DNA of 64,000 nucleotides from an uncultured virus (IMG/VR IMGVR_UViG_643886092_000009) (lineage: Duplodnaviria; Heunggongvirae; Uroviricota; Caudoviricetes). The translations under genes were made by a program, and so were the position numbers. Below the pieces are notes generated by a model. The model searched no databases, was not told where the DNA came from, and worked only from the letters and a program-made list of their open reading frames with translations. Positions 29,955 to 39,839 of this stretch are shown here, in pieces. The stretch lies in the IMG/VR virus record IMGVR_UViG_643886092_000009; one strand, 5' to 3'. Positions within the stretch are counted from its first letter, which is position 1. Each line of letters opens with the position of its first letter.

Positions 29955-30278
29955 ATGACAAACACAACTGATAAAGTAAAAGCGATTATTGAAGAGAATT
30001 GGGATTTAACAAATGAAACAGTAAACACAATTCATTTTCGTTTTGGAACAAGTCGAGGAGAACCTAAATTTGTTTATAAAAAAGATACTGAAACAGTAAA
30101 CCTAGTAGACAAAGACATAGATTCTAGAAAAGAAGCACTATCTGTAGAAGTTAAAACACTAATTTACAGTCAAATCCGCGACGGGGTAGAACCAATAGAC
30201 GCTCAAAAAGTATTCTTAGAACGTAATACAGATGAAATGAAGAAGATAATTGAACTGTATGGTGGACATAATGATTAA
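29955..30278 (+). CDS. hypothetical protein
   Basis: AAGGAG RBS. Confidence 0.7.
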   Translation: MTNTTDKVKAIIEENWDLTNETVNTIHFRFGTSRGEPKFVYKKDTETVNLVDKDIDSRKEALSVEVKTLIYSQIRDGVEPIDAQKVFLERNTDEMKKIIELYGGHND

Positions 30279-30298
30279 ACCGATAGGAGGTAAATAGA

Positions 30299-30856
30299 GT
30301 GTGTCACGTACCTAAATGTAATTGCCTGTCAAACAGTTTTTATCGTTCCATTTTAGAAGGTAAAGGAAGGTCACTCATACTAGGGGTAGATGAACTCTTT
30401 GAATGTAATGGAGACCATTTTATAAAAACATTATTAAACGAAGATAAATATTATATAACACTTAGCACAGAAGGATTAACTAAATTATTACGTAAGAAAC
30501 AAATAACTTCATCAGCTACAAATTATATTATAAATAGAGTTAAATATTCAGAAGAAGAACAGTATGTACGATTAAGGGCTTATCTAACAGCAAACCGAGA
30601 GGTTGGTAAGAAGGTAACTTATATAAGAGTAAAAGATAATACAGTAATAACGAATAAAGAATATATGGAAGATTTCAGTTTACCTTTAGAAGACCTACTA
30701 GATTACATAACTTTCTTAGGATATAAACCAGTAAACTTAAAAACAAAAGAAGCAACTAGAGAAGTAGACTTAAACGATGTAAGTGACTATGTTTTCGCTG
30801 ACAAAAGGATGGATGGTCTTTTAACAATATTCATAGACGTAACAGAGGGCGTGTAA
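30299..30856 (+). CDS. hypothetical protein
   Basis: AGGAGGT RBS. Confidence 0.7.
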   Translation: MCHVPKCNCLSNSFYRSILEGKGRSLILGVDELFECNGDHFIKTLLNEDKYYITLSTEGLTKLLRKKQITSSATNYIINRVKYSEEEQYVRLRAYLTANREVGKKVTYIRVKDNTVITNKEYMEDFSLPLEDLLDYITFLGYKPVNLKTKEATREVDLNDVSDYVFADKRMDGLLTIFIDVTEGV

Positions 30857-30858
30857 CC

Positions 30859-31326
30859 ATGATAAACTATTGGGATTTAGCGGTCATTGTACCGTGTGTC
30901 GTTATACAGATATGGTTAGGTTTACTAATCATGGATTATCTCATTAAACGAGGTAATGAGAATAAGAAGAATGAAATTAAGCAAACGAAACTTATGAGAA
31001 AAATTGTAGGAAACCGAGATATAAAAAGTATCAAGAACAAAGTAATCATGGTTTCTATCCTGTTAGGGGTAGTTCTACTATGTAGACAGTGGATTTACGA
31101 TTCTAGATACACAAACGATTTGCTATTTGGTAGTTTACAAATAAACGTACTATTTTTATTATGGTATGCGTCAGCATTTAAAACACAAAAGCCAGACGAT
31201 AGTAAGTTAATTCAATCATATGCAAAGATACTAGGACGTATTAGTATATCATTCGCATGTATGGGGTATTCCGTATTCTATGTATACTTTGTATTTAAAC
31301 TTATCTTTTCAGGAGAGTTCATTTAA
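30859..31326 (+). CDS. 4-TM membrane protein
   Basis: four hydrophobic segments. Confidence 0.75.
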   Translation: MINYWDLAVIVPCVVIQIWLGLLIMDYLIKRGNENKKNEIKQTKLMRKIVGNRDIKSIKNKVIMVSILLGVVLLCRQWIYDSRYTNDLLFGSLQINVLFLLWYASAFKTQKPDDSKLIQSYAKILGRISISFACMGYSVFYVYFVFKLIFSGEFI

Positions 31327-31368
31327 GGCTAGGTAGTTTTACTACTTAGCTATTTTTTATATAAGGAA

Positions 31369-31773
31369 GTGAAACCATTGGATAGTTCGTATATGGCACA
31401 ATTAGGGGTAGTATTAATTCAAGTATTGATTATCTTAACTATCATACAATCTATGGTAGTGAAAGAGAAAGGCAAACTACAAAAGAGGTTGTGGATGTTT
31501 CCTTTCATTGCTTTATTTGTATTTGCACTCTTAACTTTCATAGGTGATAGAATAAACTTACCATCTACCTTAGCAGACACATTAGCTACAGGAGTAGCAT
31601 CAAATGAGTGCTTACTATTGTATTTCGGAAGTATTTGGGTAGAAGAAAGGCACAAAAGAAACGAAGCTATTTATCAAAACTATATAAAGTATGGTGTATT
31701 ACTATTAAAGTATGTAGCACTAGGGTTTGGAATTCTATTAACTTTAGTCGCAATAGCAGACTTATTTATATAA
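31369..31773 (+). CDS. 4-TM membrane protein
   Basis: four hydrophobic segments. Confidence 0.75.
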   Translation: MKPLDSSYMAQLGVVLIQVLIILTIIQSMVVKEKGKLQKRLWMFPFIALFVFALLTFIGDRINLPSTLADTLATGVASNECLLLYFGSIWVEERHKRNEAIYQNYIKYGVLLLKYVALGFGILLTLVAIADLFI

Positions 31774-31806
31774 GTAGCAAGTCATATAGTAGGAGGATAA
31801 AAGGGG

Positions 31807-32232
31807 ATGGAGATTACAGTTTCACTAGACGTACTAAACATAATAGTAAGAGTAGGAATACTAGTTGTACAAACAGTTATATTTTTGAGTATTAGTAGTT
31901 TACTTTTATTTAAGAAAGACTTACTAGATTATAAGAGAGTTTGGATTCCTACAGTTTTAACAATACCACTATATTTTATTTTAATCTATATGGGAGACGT
32001 AATAGATTGGTCAAAGCAAACTTCTAATATGATATTCTTCGGATTAATGATGGGTAGCTTCTTTCCAATGTACTTCTTCACATATTTAGCAAAGAGAAAC
32101 TATAGGAACAAACATAGATACATGCCTAAGTATTTAGAGTTTATGTTAGGAGCATTTAGAACTTTCTTTTTCCTAATATTAACTCTAGTATATGGTATGC
32201 TAATCTATCATTTTGTTATTAGTTTTAAATAG
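31807..32232 (+). CDS. 4-TM membrane protein
   Basis: four hydrophobic segments; similar to 32255..32674. Confidence 0.75.
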   Translation: MEITVSLDVLNIIVRVGILVVQTVIFLSISSLLLFKKDLLDYKRVWIPTVLTIPLYFILIYMGDVIDWSKQTSNMIFFGLMMGSFFPMYFFTYLAKRNYRNKHRYMPKYLEFMLGAFRTFFFLILTLVYGMLIYHFVISFK

Positions 32233-32254
32233 TATAAAACAAAGAGGTGTTAAA

Positions 32255-32674
32255 GTGGAAACAGTAGTAATAGAAAAGAGTGTGTTAGATTATTTCATCA
32301 TAATAGGGGTATTCTTAGTACAGACTTTCTTCATAGGTATGTTAGTTTACTTAAAGAGAAAGAAACGTACTATAGGAGATTCAAAGATACTTCCTTTTGG
32401 TTCTGTCATTACAGTAGTTTTATATTATATCTTAATAAGCCAATCAAACAGTTTAGAGATTAATGAGTTCTCTATAGCATCTTTAGTAAACGGAGTTGTA
32501 ATCAATCAATTCTTAATCTTAATGTATATCTTTACTTGGATTAGAGACCATTTTAAAGCAAAGAACTCTCCTAAATTGTTAACGAATGTAGGAGTTATCC
32601 TATTTATGTCGTTAGCAGTTGGGTTATACGGAATCTACTTATTAAACTTCATGTTTAGTTGGGTGACTGTATAA
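32255..32674 (+). CDS. 4-TM membrane protein
   Basis: GAGGTG RBS, GTG start. Confidence 0.75.
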   Translation: METVVIEKSVLDYFIIIGVFLVQTFFIGMLVYLKRKKRTIGDSKILPFGSVITVVLYYILISQSNSLEINEFSIASLVNGVVINQFLILMYIFTWIRDHFKAKNSPKLLTNVGVILFMSLAVGLYGIYLLNFMFSWVTV

Positions 32675-32730
32675 GAAATAAGCCTTATTACACGTAAGGC
32701 TTTTTGTTTTGTATAGGAAGGGGTAAACAA

Positions 32731-32919
32731 ATGATAGATATACTAGAACTAAACTATACCTTTCTCTTCTTTTTAATTTTGTTAGAAGTAGCGGTATTTC
32801 TACTACTTATGAACGAAATGAAGCATAAAAGACCGGATGAGAAGAAAGTAACGATTCCACTTTTATTACTAACTTTCATATTACTTGTGTGTCTGTTCTC
32901 CTATTTCATCGTTTTCTAA
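32731..32919 (+). CDS. 2-TM membrane protein
   Basis: RBS; hydrophobic. Confidence 0.65.
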   Translation: MIDILELNYTFLFFLILLEVAVFLLLMNEMKHKRPDEKKVTIPLLLLTFILLVCLFSYFIVF

Positions 32920-32967
32920 CGGAAATAGGAGTTTTTTATGCAAACAAATAAAGAATTTGTAGACTAC

Positions 32968-32996
32968 TTGACAAATGAAGAAATTTATGGTATAAT
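32968..32996 (+). promoter_or_regulatory. sigmaA promoter
   Basis: TTGACA-N17-TATAAT with extended -10 TG. Confidence 0.85.
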
Positions 32997-33033
32997 AAAG
33001 TAGTAATAAAGAAGCAAGAAAGAGGTGTTAGAA

Positions 33034-33168
33034 ATGGAACACAAATTAAGTAATGTCCCTTATATAAAGTGTAAGAACTGTGGGAAAGAAACGATACAAG
33101 CGATACATTTTAAAGTGTGTCAGCATTGTAAACAGGTCTACACAAAGAAAGCAAGTACAGACAAGTAA
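33034..33168 (+). CDS. Zn-ribbon mini-protein (44 aa, not in ORF track)
   Basis: CKNC...CQHC; GAGGTG RBS. Confidence 0.65.
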   Translation: MEHKLSNVPYIKCKNCGKETIQAIHFKVCQHCKQVYTKKASTDK

Positions 33169-33187
33169 TTATATGGAGGAAACCTAA

Positions 33188-33583
33188 ATGAAAGAAAAAG
33201 AAGATTCCTTATATGTTGTGGTGACAGAGAATCCACATGATAAATTTGGTAATAAACCATTAGCAATGAGATTGTGGCATGAAAGCTTAGATTTAAAATT
33301 GTTTATTATGCCAAAACATGCATTTAAATCAGAAGAACAGTTTAAGAAAGAAATGATATTAAAATTAAACCGTGCTATTCCTGATTTTAAATCAATGAAA
33401 GAAGAAGAAACTTCATTTGGTTATAGATACATAAAATATATTCTTAAAGACCCTGATGGTGCAGTTTGGGACGTTGAAACAGAAAAACAGGCAACCCACA
33501 TTTTAGAGTATAACGTACATAAAGTAGAAGTAAAACTTGGCGAAGATAGAAAAGAAGTATTAAATATCAGAAGTATCAATTGA
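33188..33583 (+). CDS. hypothetical protein, family E copy 1
   Basis: ETSFGYRY...TH..EYNV. Confidence 0.75.
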   Translation: MKEKEDSLYVVVTENPHDKFGNKPLAMRLWHESLDLKLFIMPKHAFKSEEQFKKEMILKLNRAIPDFKSMKEEETSFGYRYIKYILKDPDGAVWDVETEKQATHILEYNVHKVEVKLGEDRKEVLNIRSIN

Positions 33584-33601
33584 ACTAAGGGGTAGGTAAT
33601 T

Positions 33602-33910
33602 ATGACAAAGATGATTGAGTTAAATGGTGAAACACATTTTCTAAACACAATTCACGATTTTATTGAATTGTTACCACACGATTCTCAAAAACCTGTTTAT
33701 GATTTAATGGAGGAAGAAACAGGTGGAAAGGATTTAAAGACTGAATTTCGTGCATTAGAGGGTTCACTAGATGACCAACGAAAAGCGGTAAATGAAGTAT
33801 TAAACTTACTCAATAAGATGGAAAAGCATATGGAAGGTGCAAGATTAAACCGTAAAACATTAACAGAATGTATTTCAAGTGCAAAACAAGTCATTAATAA
33901 TACATTCTAA
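33602..33910 (+). CDS. hypothetical protein
   Basis: ORF with RBS. Confidence 0.75.
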   Translation: MTKMIELNGETHFLNTIHDFIELLPHDSQKPVYDLMEEETGGKDLKTEFRALEGSLDDQRKAVNEVLNLLNKMEKHMEGARLNRKTLTECISSAKQVINNTF

Positions 33911-33927
33911 GTCAAGGAGGGGTAGAA

Positions 33928-34314
33928 ATGAGTGAAAAAGTATATCCAGACCATTACTATATGAGAGCAACTGAGAAAATAATAGACAGAGAGGGTACTA
34001 CAGGGTACTACTCTCGTCTTATTGCCACAAACGAGATTTACGGATATGTAGTTGAGAGTTATAGAGTGAAAACAAAAGAAGACTTACTAGAAAAGGTAGA
34101 AGAAATACTAACAAGGCATTTAGGAAAATTAGACGAATACACAAGAGTTGAAACACCTTATGGTTGGAAATACGAGTTGTATGTACATTGGTTTAATGAT
34201 GATATGGACTACAGAGTTACAGATAAAGACGGAGATTGGACGCACCATGAAGTATTTAATGTAGATATTAGTCTTTTTGAAGAAGTACATAATCCAATGT
34301 CAAAACTGAGTTAA
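33928..34314 (+). CDS. hypothetical protein, family E copy 2
   Basis: ETPYGWKY...TH..VFNV. Confidence 0.75.
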   Translation: MSEKVYPDHYYMRATEKIIDREGTTGYYSRLIATNEIYGYVVESYRVKTKEDLLEKVEEILTRHLGKLDEYTRVETPYGWKYELYVHWFNDDMDYRVTDKDGDWTHHEVFNVDISLFEEVHNPMSKLS

Positions 34315-34328
34315 GGAGGAAGTTAAAC

Positions 34329-34787
34329 GTGAAAGGCGCAAATGAAAAGTATGATTTAATTACAAAAGCAGTACAAGAAGGGGTAGGGGAGTTAGAGAAA
34401 TTAAAACTAAAGTATGGTTGGAACGGAGGGGATTCAGAAGCATTCCTTCATGGAAACTTAATTTTTGTTATAGCAACTCACGCTAGAGGTAAAACATTCC
34501 GTATCTTTATTACAGAAGACCCTACACAAGCACATGAACAAATTAAAGATACAGCTTTAGAAGTATATGGTGTAACAGGTGGTCAATTAGGTTGGACTGA
34601 AACATATGGATGGATTCATGAAGGTGCTTGGGTAGATGCAATTGAGCAATACTTCGCAACTTTAAGTAATACGTTACATTTAATAAAAGAAACACGTAAG
34701 AAAGAGAAAGAAAAGAAAAATACATCAGACCATTTAGTGTTAAAAGGAAAACTTACAAATTTGTCAGAGAAGTTCAAACAGGTTTAG
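34329..34787 (+). CDS. hypothetical protein
   Basis: AAGGAGG RBS; EVYG..GGQLGWTE.YGW motif. Confidence 0.75.
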   Translation: MKGANEKYDLITKAVQEGVGELEKLKLKYGWNGGDSEAFLHGNLIFVIATHARGKTFRIFITEDPTQAHEQIKDTALEVYGVTGGQLGWTETYGWIHEGAWVDAIEQYFATLSNTLHLIKETRKKEKEKKNTSDHLVLKGKLTNLSEKFKQV

Positions 34788-34790
34788 GGT

Positions 34791-35168
34791 ATGGGCTTTA
34801 TAACAGACTCTACATTCTTATTTATGATTGTAGTAAATGTACTACAGACAATTATGTTGGGTAGTACCTTCTATATTGTTTTTCATTTGCAAGATAAGAA
34901 GAAAATCAAAACACTCATGGTCTATGTAACCGTATTAAATCTAGAGTACATTGGGGTATTAACGGTATTCTGTTTGTATAAGGGGTTTTATCCATATGAG
35001 CAACTGATAGCCGCTATAGTAACAAACGTATTTCTACTCGTATATTTAGGTATTACAAGAAGTAAAACGGGAGAAAGAAGAGAAGTAAACGTAATGAAGA
35101 AAGTATTGTATGCTATGTGGTTAGTAGGGAATACAGTATGTTTACTAATCTTCTTAAACTCCATTTAG
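34791..35168 (+). CDS. 4-TM membrane protein
   Basis: hydrophobic segments. Confidence 0.75.
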   Translation: MGFITDSTFLFMIVVNVLQTIMLGSTFYIVFHLQDKKKIKTLMVYVTVLNLEYIGVLTVFCLYKGFYPYEQLIAAIVTNVFLLVYLGITRSKTGERREVNVMKKVLYAMWLVGNTVCLLIFLNSI

Positions 35169-35180
35169 GGGGTGTAAAGA

Positions 35181-35567
35181 GTGAATCAATTAAACTTCGC
35201 ATTATTCGGGGTAGTAGTTATTTTATTAACAGGTACAAGTTACCTTTATTATGGTTACTTTAAAACAATGAAAACAGCAGAGAATAAAAATGAAACAGCT
35301 TATGCTTTTATATTTGGATTTATTATTTTCCTTATAACTACATTAGGACTTGTTATATCAGACCACATAACTGTACAACAAGAGAAAACATCTTTACTTT
35401 CAATTCTTATTGTTTTCTTAGCAAACGGTATGTTAGCTATTTGGGTAAGAGGTATGTACGATTTAACGAAGTCTAGTAAGTATAAAACATGGGTAATGTT
35501 AGTTAGACTGGTTTCTATTACTTGTATTATTATAGTTGGATTTAATGTGTATAAAGTAATAGGTTAA
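35181..35567 (+). CDS. 4-TM membrane protein
   Basis: YYGY...N..E...G pattern shared with the next two genes. Confidence 0.75.
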   Translation: MNQLNFALFGVVVILLTGTSYLYYGYFKTMKTAENKNETAYAFIFGFIIFLITTLGLVISDHITVQQEKTSLLSILIVFLANGMLAIWVRGMYDLTKSSKYKTWVMLVRLVSITCIIIVGFNVYKVIG

Positions 35568-35591
35568 GGACTAAAGAAAGGATGATGAACT

Positions 35592-35978
35592 ATGGTATTC
35601 ACATCAGTAAACGTACTTATCTTTTTAACAGTAGCTACAGTATTCGTTTATTTCTATTACGGTTACAAAGCAAGAAAACAGGGAAACAGTAGAGAAGAAA
35701 TGTTTGGTTTCTTTATAGGTATCCTAATTGCAATTATATCCTCTTTAGCTTTAATAGATATAGACAAAGTAGTCATTTCAAAAGACCGTCTACATGTAAT
35801 CATTGTATTAGCTTCTTTCTTAGCATTAACTGTATTAAATTTATTTATGCGTTACAAGTGGCATATTCAAGGGTTAAGAGAGTTTAGACTTCATTTGAAT
35901 GTAGGAAGAATTTTAATTCTTGTTTGTGTCGGTATTATGATATTCAAGACACACGTATCATGGGTACACCACGTATAA
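35592..35978 (+). CDS. 4-TM membrane protein
   Basis: YYGYKARKQGN...GL.EFRLHLN. Confidence 0.75.
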   Translation: MVFTSVNVLIFLTVATVFVYFYYGYKARKQGNSREEMFGFFIGILIAIISSLALIDIDKVVISKDRLHVIIVLASFLALTVLNLFMRYKWHIQGLREFRLHLNVGRILILVCVGIMIFKTHVSWVHHV

Positions 35979-35991
35979 AGAGAGGGAAACA

Positions 35992-36360
35992 ATGCAAACG
36001 GTTATATTTTATATTATAGTAGCTTTAGTCACTTTCATGAGTAGATGTTATTACGATTATGGTAAAACAGCAAAGAATGAGGGAAACAAAGTAGAGAAGA
36101 TACTAGGATATTCAATTAGTACTATATCAGCTATTGTTTTCTTTTTCCTTTTATATGATGGTGGACAGATAAATGAAGAAAAAGACTTACTAATCAATTA
36201 CCTAGTTATTGTTTTTGCATTAATAACAATGATAGTAGGAATAGATTTCAGAGAAAAAGTAAAACTAGAAGGTCTAATGCAGTATAAACTTAAATTACAT
36301 ATAAACAGATTTATGATAGTCGTCTGTTTTGGGTTTCTAGTAGCAAGAATTATCTTATAG
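35992..36360 (+). CDS. 4-TM membrane protein
   Basis: YDYGKTAKNEGN...GL.QYKLKLH. Confidence 0.75.
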   Translation: MQTVIFYIIVALVTFMSRCYYDYGKTAKNEGNKVEKILGYSISTISAIVFFFLLYDGGQINEEKDLLINYLVIVFALITMIVGIDFREKVKLEGLMQYKLKLHINRFMIVVCFGFLVARIIL

Positions 36361-36374
36361 AAAGGGGTAGTAAA

Positions 36375-36818
36375 GTGCAAACAGTTTGGTTCATTGTCTT
36401 AACGATAATTGCCCTTCTTGTAAGCGTACTAAACGTTTATAGTACAAGAACAGTATTAAGTAAAGCAAGTAAGGAAGAAGGGGTAGATGCTGAAAAAGAG
36501 AAGGGTTCAGCAGTAGTTTTAGTAACTTTATTGTTTATTATGTGTACGGGAACTTCTTTTGTTGCAGGTTCAATGGAGATATCACTAAAACTAATAGGTT
36601 ATTACATCGGTATAACTATTATTATGTGTTTAGTACCTGTTGTCTTTTTAAAACTAAGAAAGAAACATGAGTTACTTTCAAATCTTGTTCCAGTCTTTGC
36701 TATATTTGTGTTATTTTATCCTATGAGTGAACTTATAAATATGATGTTTACAGTATGGAAGGAGATAACAGACATACCATACCCTTATATAAACTTTATT
36801 TCATGGTGGTGGGAATAA
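36375..36818 (+). CDS. 4-TM membrane protein
   Basis: hydrophobic segments. Confidence 0.75.
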   Translation: MQTVWFIVLTIIALLVSVLNVYSTRTVLSKASKEEGVDAEKEKGSAVVLVTLLFIMCTGTSFVAGSMEISLKLIGYYIGITIIMCLVPVVFLKLRKKHELLSNLVPVFAIFVLFYPMSELINMMFTVWKEITDIPYPYINFISWWWE

Positions 36819-36821
36819 ATC

Positions 36822-37208
36822 ATGCGTAATATGACTGATTTTTCTATTATCATAAACTTCATTGTATTTATTGGACAGCTTATCTTATTTATTAAGTTGT
36901 TTCGATTAAAGGCGAATGAAGATTTTGTAAACCACAAACGATTATTAGTATACATGACTTTTGGGATTGTCGTTTTACTAAGTATCAGTTTATCCTTAAA
37001 CGCTGAATATTTAGTACCGCTTATATTAGGAATCGTTTCAAACGTATTTGCATTTGCTATTTGTATAGCAAGACAGATGTATCGAAAAGAAAGACGAAAA
37101 ATACTGAAAAGAAGAATTTGGATTATAAGAGACGCATTGATGGTATTTTTCATGTTCTCGAATCTATTGCATATAATTATGGTTATTAAACCAATTATAC
37201 AAGAGTAG
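36822..37208 (+). CDS. 4-TM membrane protein
   Basis: hydrophobic segments. Confidence 0.75.
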   Translation: MRNMTDFSIIINFIVFIGQLILFIKLFRLKANEDFVNHKRLLVYMTFGIVVLLSISLSLNAEYLVPLILGIVSNVFAFAICIARQMYRKERRKILKRRIWIIRDALMVFFMFSNLLHIIMVIKPIIQE

Positions 37209-37542
37209 GCAAGGTGATAAGATGTCTTTAAAACTGTTAAACGAGATTATTAAAGATATAGTTGGGGTAGTACTCTTTTCGGTATGTTTGACTATGTTCA
37301 TGACAGACGATTATAGACCCTTAGTAAAACTAGTAGAAGGATTTACTTATTTGTTTAAGTAAGATAGGAGTAAATGATGTTATTAGACAAGGTAGAAAAG
37401 AAAAAGAAACCGTTAATTAAACTTATGTGTTTTTGTGTAGTATGGTTGATAGTCGCATCTTTAATTTGTTCATTTACAAGTTAAACTGAGTATAACTAAG
37501 AAAACTAAATCGAGTTAAAGTATTACTTTAGGAGGGGTAAAC

Positions 37543-37713
37543 TTGGATAGGAAAGTAAATGAAGATTTTAAAAGGGAAATGAAAGAAGAAGCAAACTTGA
37601 GTCCTTTTGAAACCACTTTATACAATGCAGATGAAGATTGCGAACATGATATTCAACCTTCAAACGGTGGAGGTGTTCATTGTACAAAGTGTAAAGGTTG
37701 GTTTTGTTATTGA
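37543..37713 (+). CDS. small Cys/His protein (56 aa, not in ORF track)
   Basis: LYNADEDCEH...GGGVHCTKCKGWFCY; GGAGG RBS, TTG start. Confidence 0.65.
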   Translation: MDRKVNEDFKREMKEEANLSPFETTLYNADEDCEHDIQPSNGGGVHCTKCKGWFCY

Positions 37714-37732
37714 CAACAGGAGGTAAGACAGA

Positions 37733-38179
37733 TTGATTTTACTAGGTGGTTTATTATTTATTGGGCTAACTTTGTTTACGTTCGTGCAAATACTCATATA
37801 CATGATAATTGTGCTATTCTACGTGAAAAATGATTTATTTTACATGATTGTAGACAGAGCTTTTAGAAAGAAAACAAGCAATTCTAAATACGAAAACTTG
37901 AGAAGATTTAAAAATGAATTAATCAAATTATCGGTGATATATTGTATATTTGTAACTTTTTCATTTTTCTTTGGACTTGCTTCGGTTTTATTTTTAACAG
38001 TATTACGAGCAGGAACTACAATTTTGTTAATGATTCTTATGTCATATGAGTTAAAAGCAATACGTCAAGAGGAAGACTTATATACTAAAGTATTGAAAAT
38101 AATCATTTCTCTAGGGGCAGTTGGTTTAATCCTTTTAACTGTTTTCCATACAGTAGAGAAAATGATATACAGATTCTAA
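37733..38179 (+). CDS. 4-TM membrane protein
   Basis: hydrophobic segments. Confidence 0.7.
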   Translation: MILLGGLLFIGLTLFTFVQILIYMIIVLFYVKNDLFYMIVDRAFRKKTSNSKYENLRRFKNELIKLSVIYCIFVTFSFFFGLASVLFLTVLRAGTTILLMILMSYELKAIRQEEDLYTKVLKIIISLGAVGLILLTVFHTVEKMIYRF

Positions 38180-38261
38180 ACAAATAAGTAGAAAGGAGAA
38201 ACTATAGAGATAAAATAAACAGTTTCTTTGCATGAATTTAAATAAGAGAGGATAACCAACA

Positions 38262-38684
38262 ATGACAGAATTTTGGAGTTTTATTGGGACAAACATAGAG
38301 CCATTATTTCACTTATTTGTGAACATAATGATTTTAGTGTTTCAAGGTATAATCTTAAAAGGATTTACGGAAGACTACTTTAAAGATAGACATCTAAGAA
38401 AGTTAAAGTACGATAGAGGTTTTGCCTTGATAACTTTAGGGGCTTTTATCCTCGTTATGATACTTTCAAAACTTATGCACGTATCTATTTACGGTCTTAT
38501 GGTAGTAGGAACAATCAATACATTATTAATCATCGTTATCATCACATTGGTATTAGAAAACGGTAAAGCGAAACTACTAAACTCATTTATTACATTACTA
38601 ATCGCTATTTGGGGTGTTGGAAACATTCTTTTAGTTGTTCAGTTAGTAAGAGAAGGAATCGAACTTTGGGGTATGTTAAAGTAG
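38262..38684 (+). CDS. 4-TM membrane protein
   Basis: hydrophobic segments. Confidence 0.75.
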   Translation: MTEFWSFIGTNIEPLFHLFVNIMILVFQGIILKGFTEDYFKDRHLRKLKYDRGFALITLGAFILVMILSKLMHVSIYGLMVVGTINTLLIIVIITLVLENGKAKLLNSFITLLIAIWGVGNILLVVQLVREGIELWGMLK

Positions 38685-38699
38685 AAATGGGGTGTAAAC

Positions 38700-39098
38700 T
38701 TGGATTACGTGTTTCTTGGTATTTACATGGTATTTCAACTTGGAGGTATGATGGTCTTTAGTCTATACCTTATAAACAAAAACCTATTAGAAAATATGTA
38801 TAGACGAGTAGATACGGAGGATACAGTAGAAAGGTATAGCTTAGAACTGGCATCTATAAGTTTAATTGTTGTATCTGTCATGGGACTTGTACAAACACAA
38901 CTACACTTCTTACCATACAATACGATATCAGGGGTAGGAACATTACTAGCTATATCTATTACTATGTTTTTCAGTACTGAACTAAGTAAGAAAAAGGTAA
39001 CTACTCGATTCTCAAAGCATAGAAATAAAGCATACAAACTGTCTTCTATTGTGTGTTTAGCAGGGTATATAGTTACAATCATATTTTTGTTAAAGTAA
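38700..39098 (+). CDS. 4-TM membrane protein
   Basis: hydrophobic segments; resembles 37733..38179. Confidence 0.75.
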   Translation: MDYVFLGIYMVFQLGGMMVFSLYLINKNLLENMYRRVDTEDTVERYSLELASISLIVVSVMGLVQTQLHFLPYNTISGVGTLLAISITMFFSTELSKKKVTTRFSKHRNKAYKLSSIVCLAGYIVTIIFLLK

Positions 39099-39104
39099 CT
39101 ATAC

Positions 39105-39133
39105 TTGACAAATTGTTAAACTTATGGTATAAT
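39105..39133 (+). promoter_or_regulatory. sigmaA promoter
   Basis: TTGACA-N17-TATAAT with extended -10 TG. Confidence 0.85.
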
Positions 39134-39208
39134 AGTTATATAGTTAAGGAAGGAATTCTTTAATTATATAGCTATTTTTTTTATTAGAAGTAAGGGAGGT
39201 AAACGAGT

Positions 39209-39499
39209 ATGTTTGAAGAAGAAAAAGAAGAAGAAGAGTGTAGTTCTGACTGTGATTTTGAAGGAAGACTTACTTTTATAAACGGTTGTAAATTCCTATC
39301 AAACGTAAGTGATGGTGGAGAAAACAGATATATTAAAGTGTGCAATGATTTGGGAATCAAATATCATGTAGAAGCAATCGCATTCGATAGGTGGGGTAGA
39401 CCTATTTTGGGAAGGAAAATGGTAGGATTCTATATAGATAAAGACTTTAAAGACTTTCAGTTATTTTGGAACAAACTAAAAGAACGAAAAGGAGTGTAG
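39209..39499 (+). CDS. family F copy 1
   Basis: CKFLSN...C.DLGIK.H.E..AFD. Confidence 0.8.
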   Translation: MFEEEKEEEECSSDCDFEGRLTFINGCKFLSNVSDGGENRYIKVCNDLGIKYHVEAIAFDRWGRPILGRKMVGFYIDKDFKDFQLFWNKLKERKGV

Positions 39500-39787
39500 A
39501 TGGTGTTGAGTATACTAGGAGCTAGATTTAGAAGAGACTTACATGGTCGAAGAATGATAGAAGATTGTCATTTCTTAACTAACTTATCAAACGGGGATGA
39601 AAAATTATTCAAACAAGCTTGTGATGAGTTAGGTATTAAGTGTCATATCGAAGAAGTTGTATTCGATGGATTGAATCGTAGGATTGAAGGAACAGACATG
39701 GTAGCATTTTATATAGACAAGTCTTTAGCAAACCTAGACGCATTTTGGAAAAGAGTTAGAGAATTAGAAGAGTTGAAGATTTCATAG
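39500..39787 (+). CDS. family F copy 2
   Basis: CHFLTN...CDELGIKCHIE..VFD. Confidence 0.8.
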   Translation: MVLSILGARFRRDLHGRRMIEDCHFLTNLSNGDEKLFKQACDELGIKCHIEEVVFDGLNRRIEGTDMVAFYIDKSLANLDAFWKRVRELEELKIS

Positions 39788-39839
39788 AATCTTACAAACG
39801 AAGTTATTATAATATGCGAATAATGTAATAATAGTAGAG

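Noticed and set aside
31608..31895. Plus-strand 95-aa ORF
   Set aside because: Out-of-frame overlap with two membrane-protein genes.
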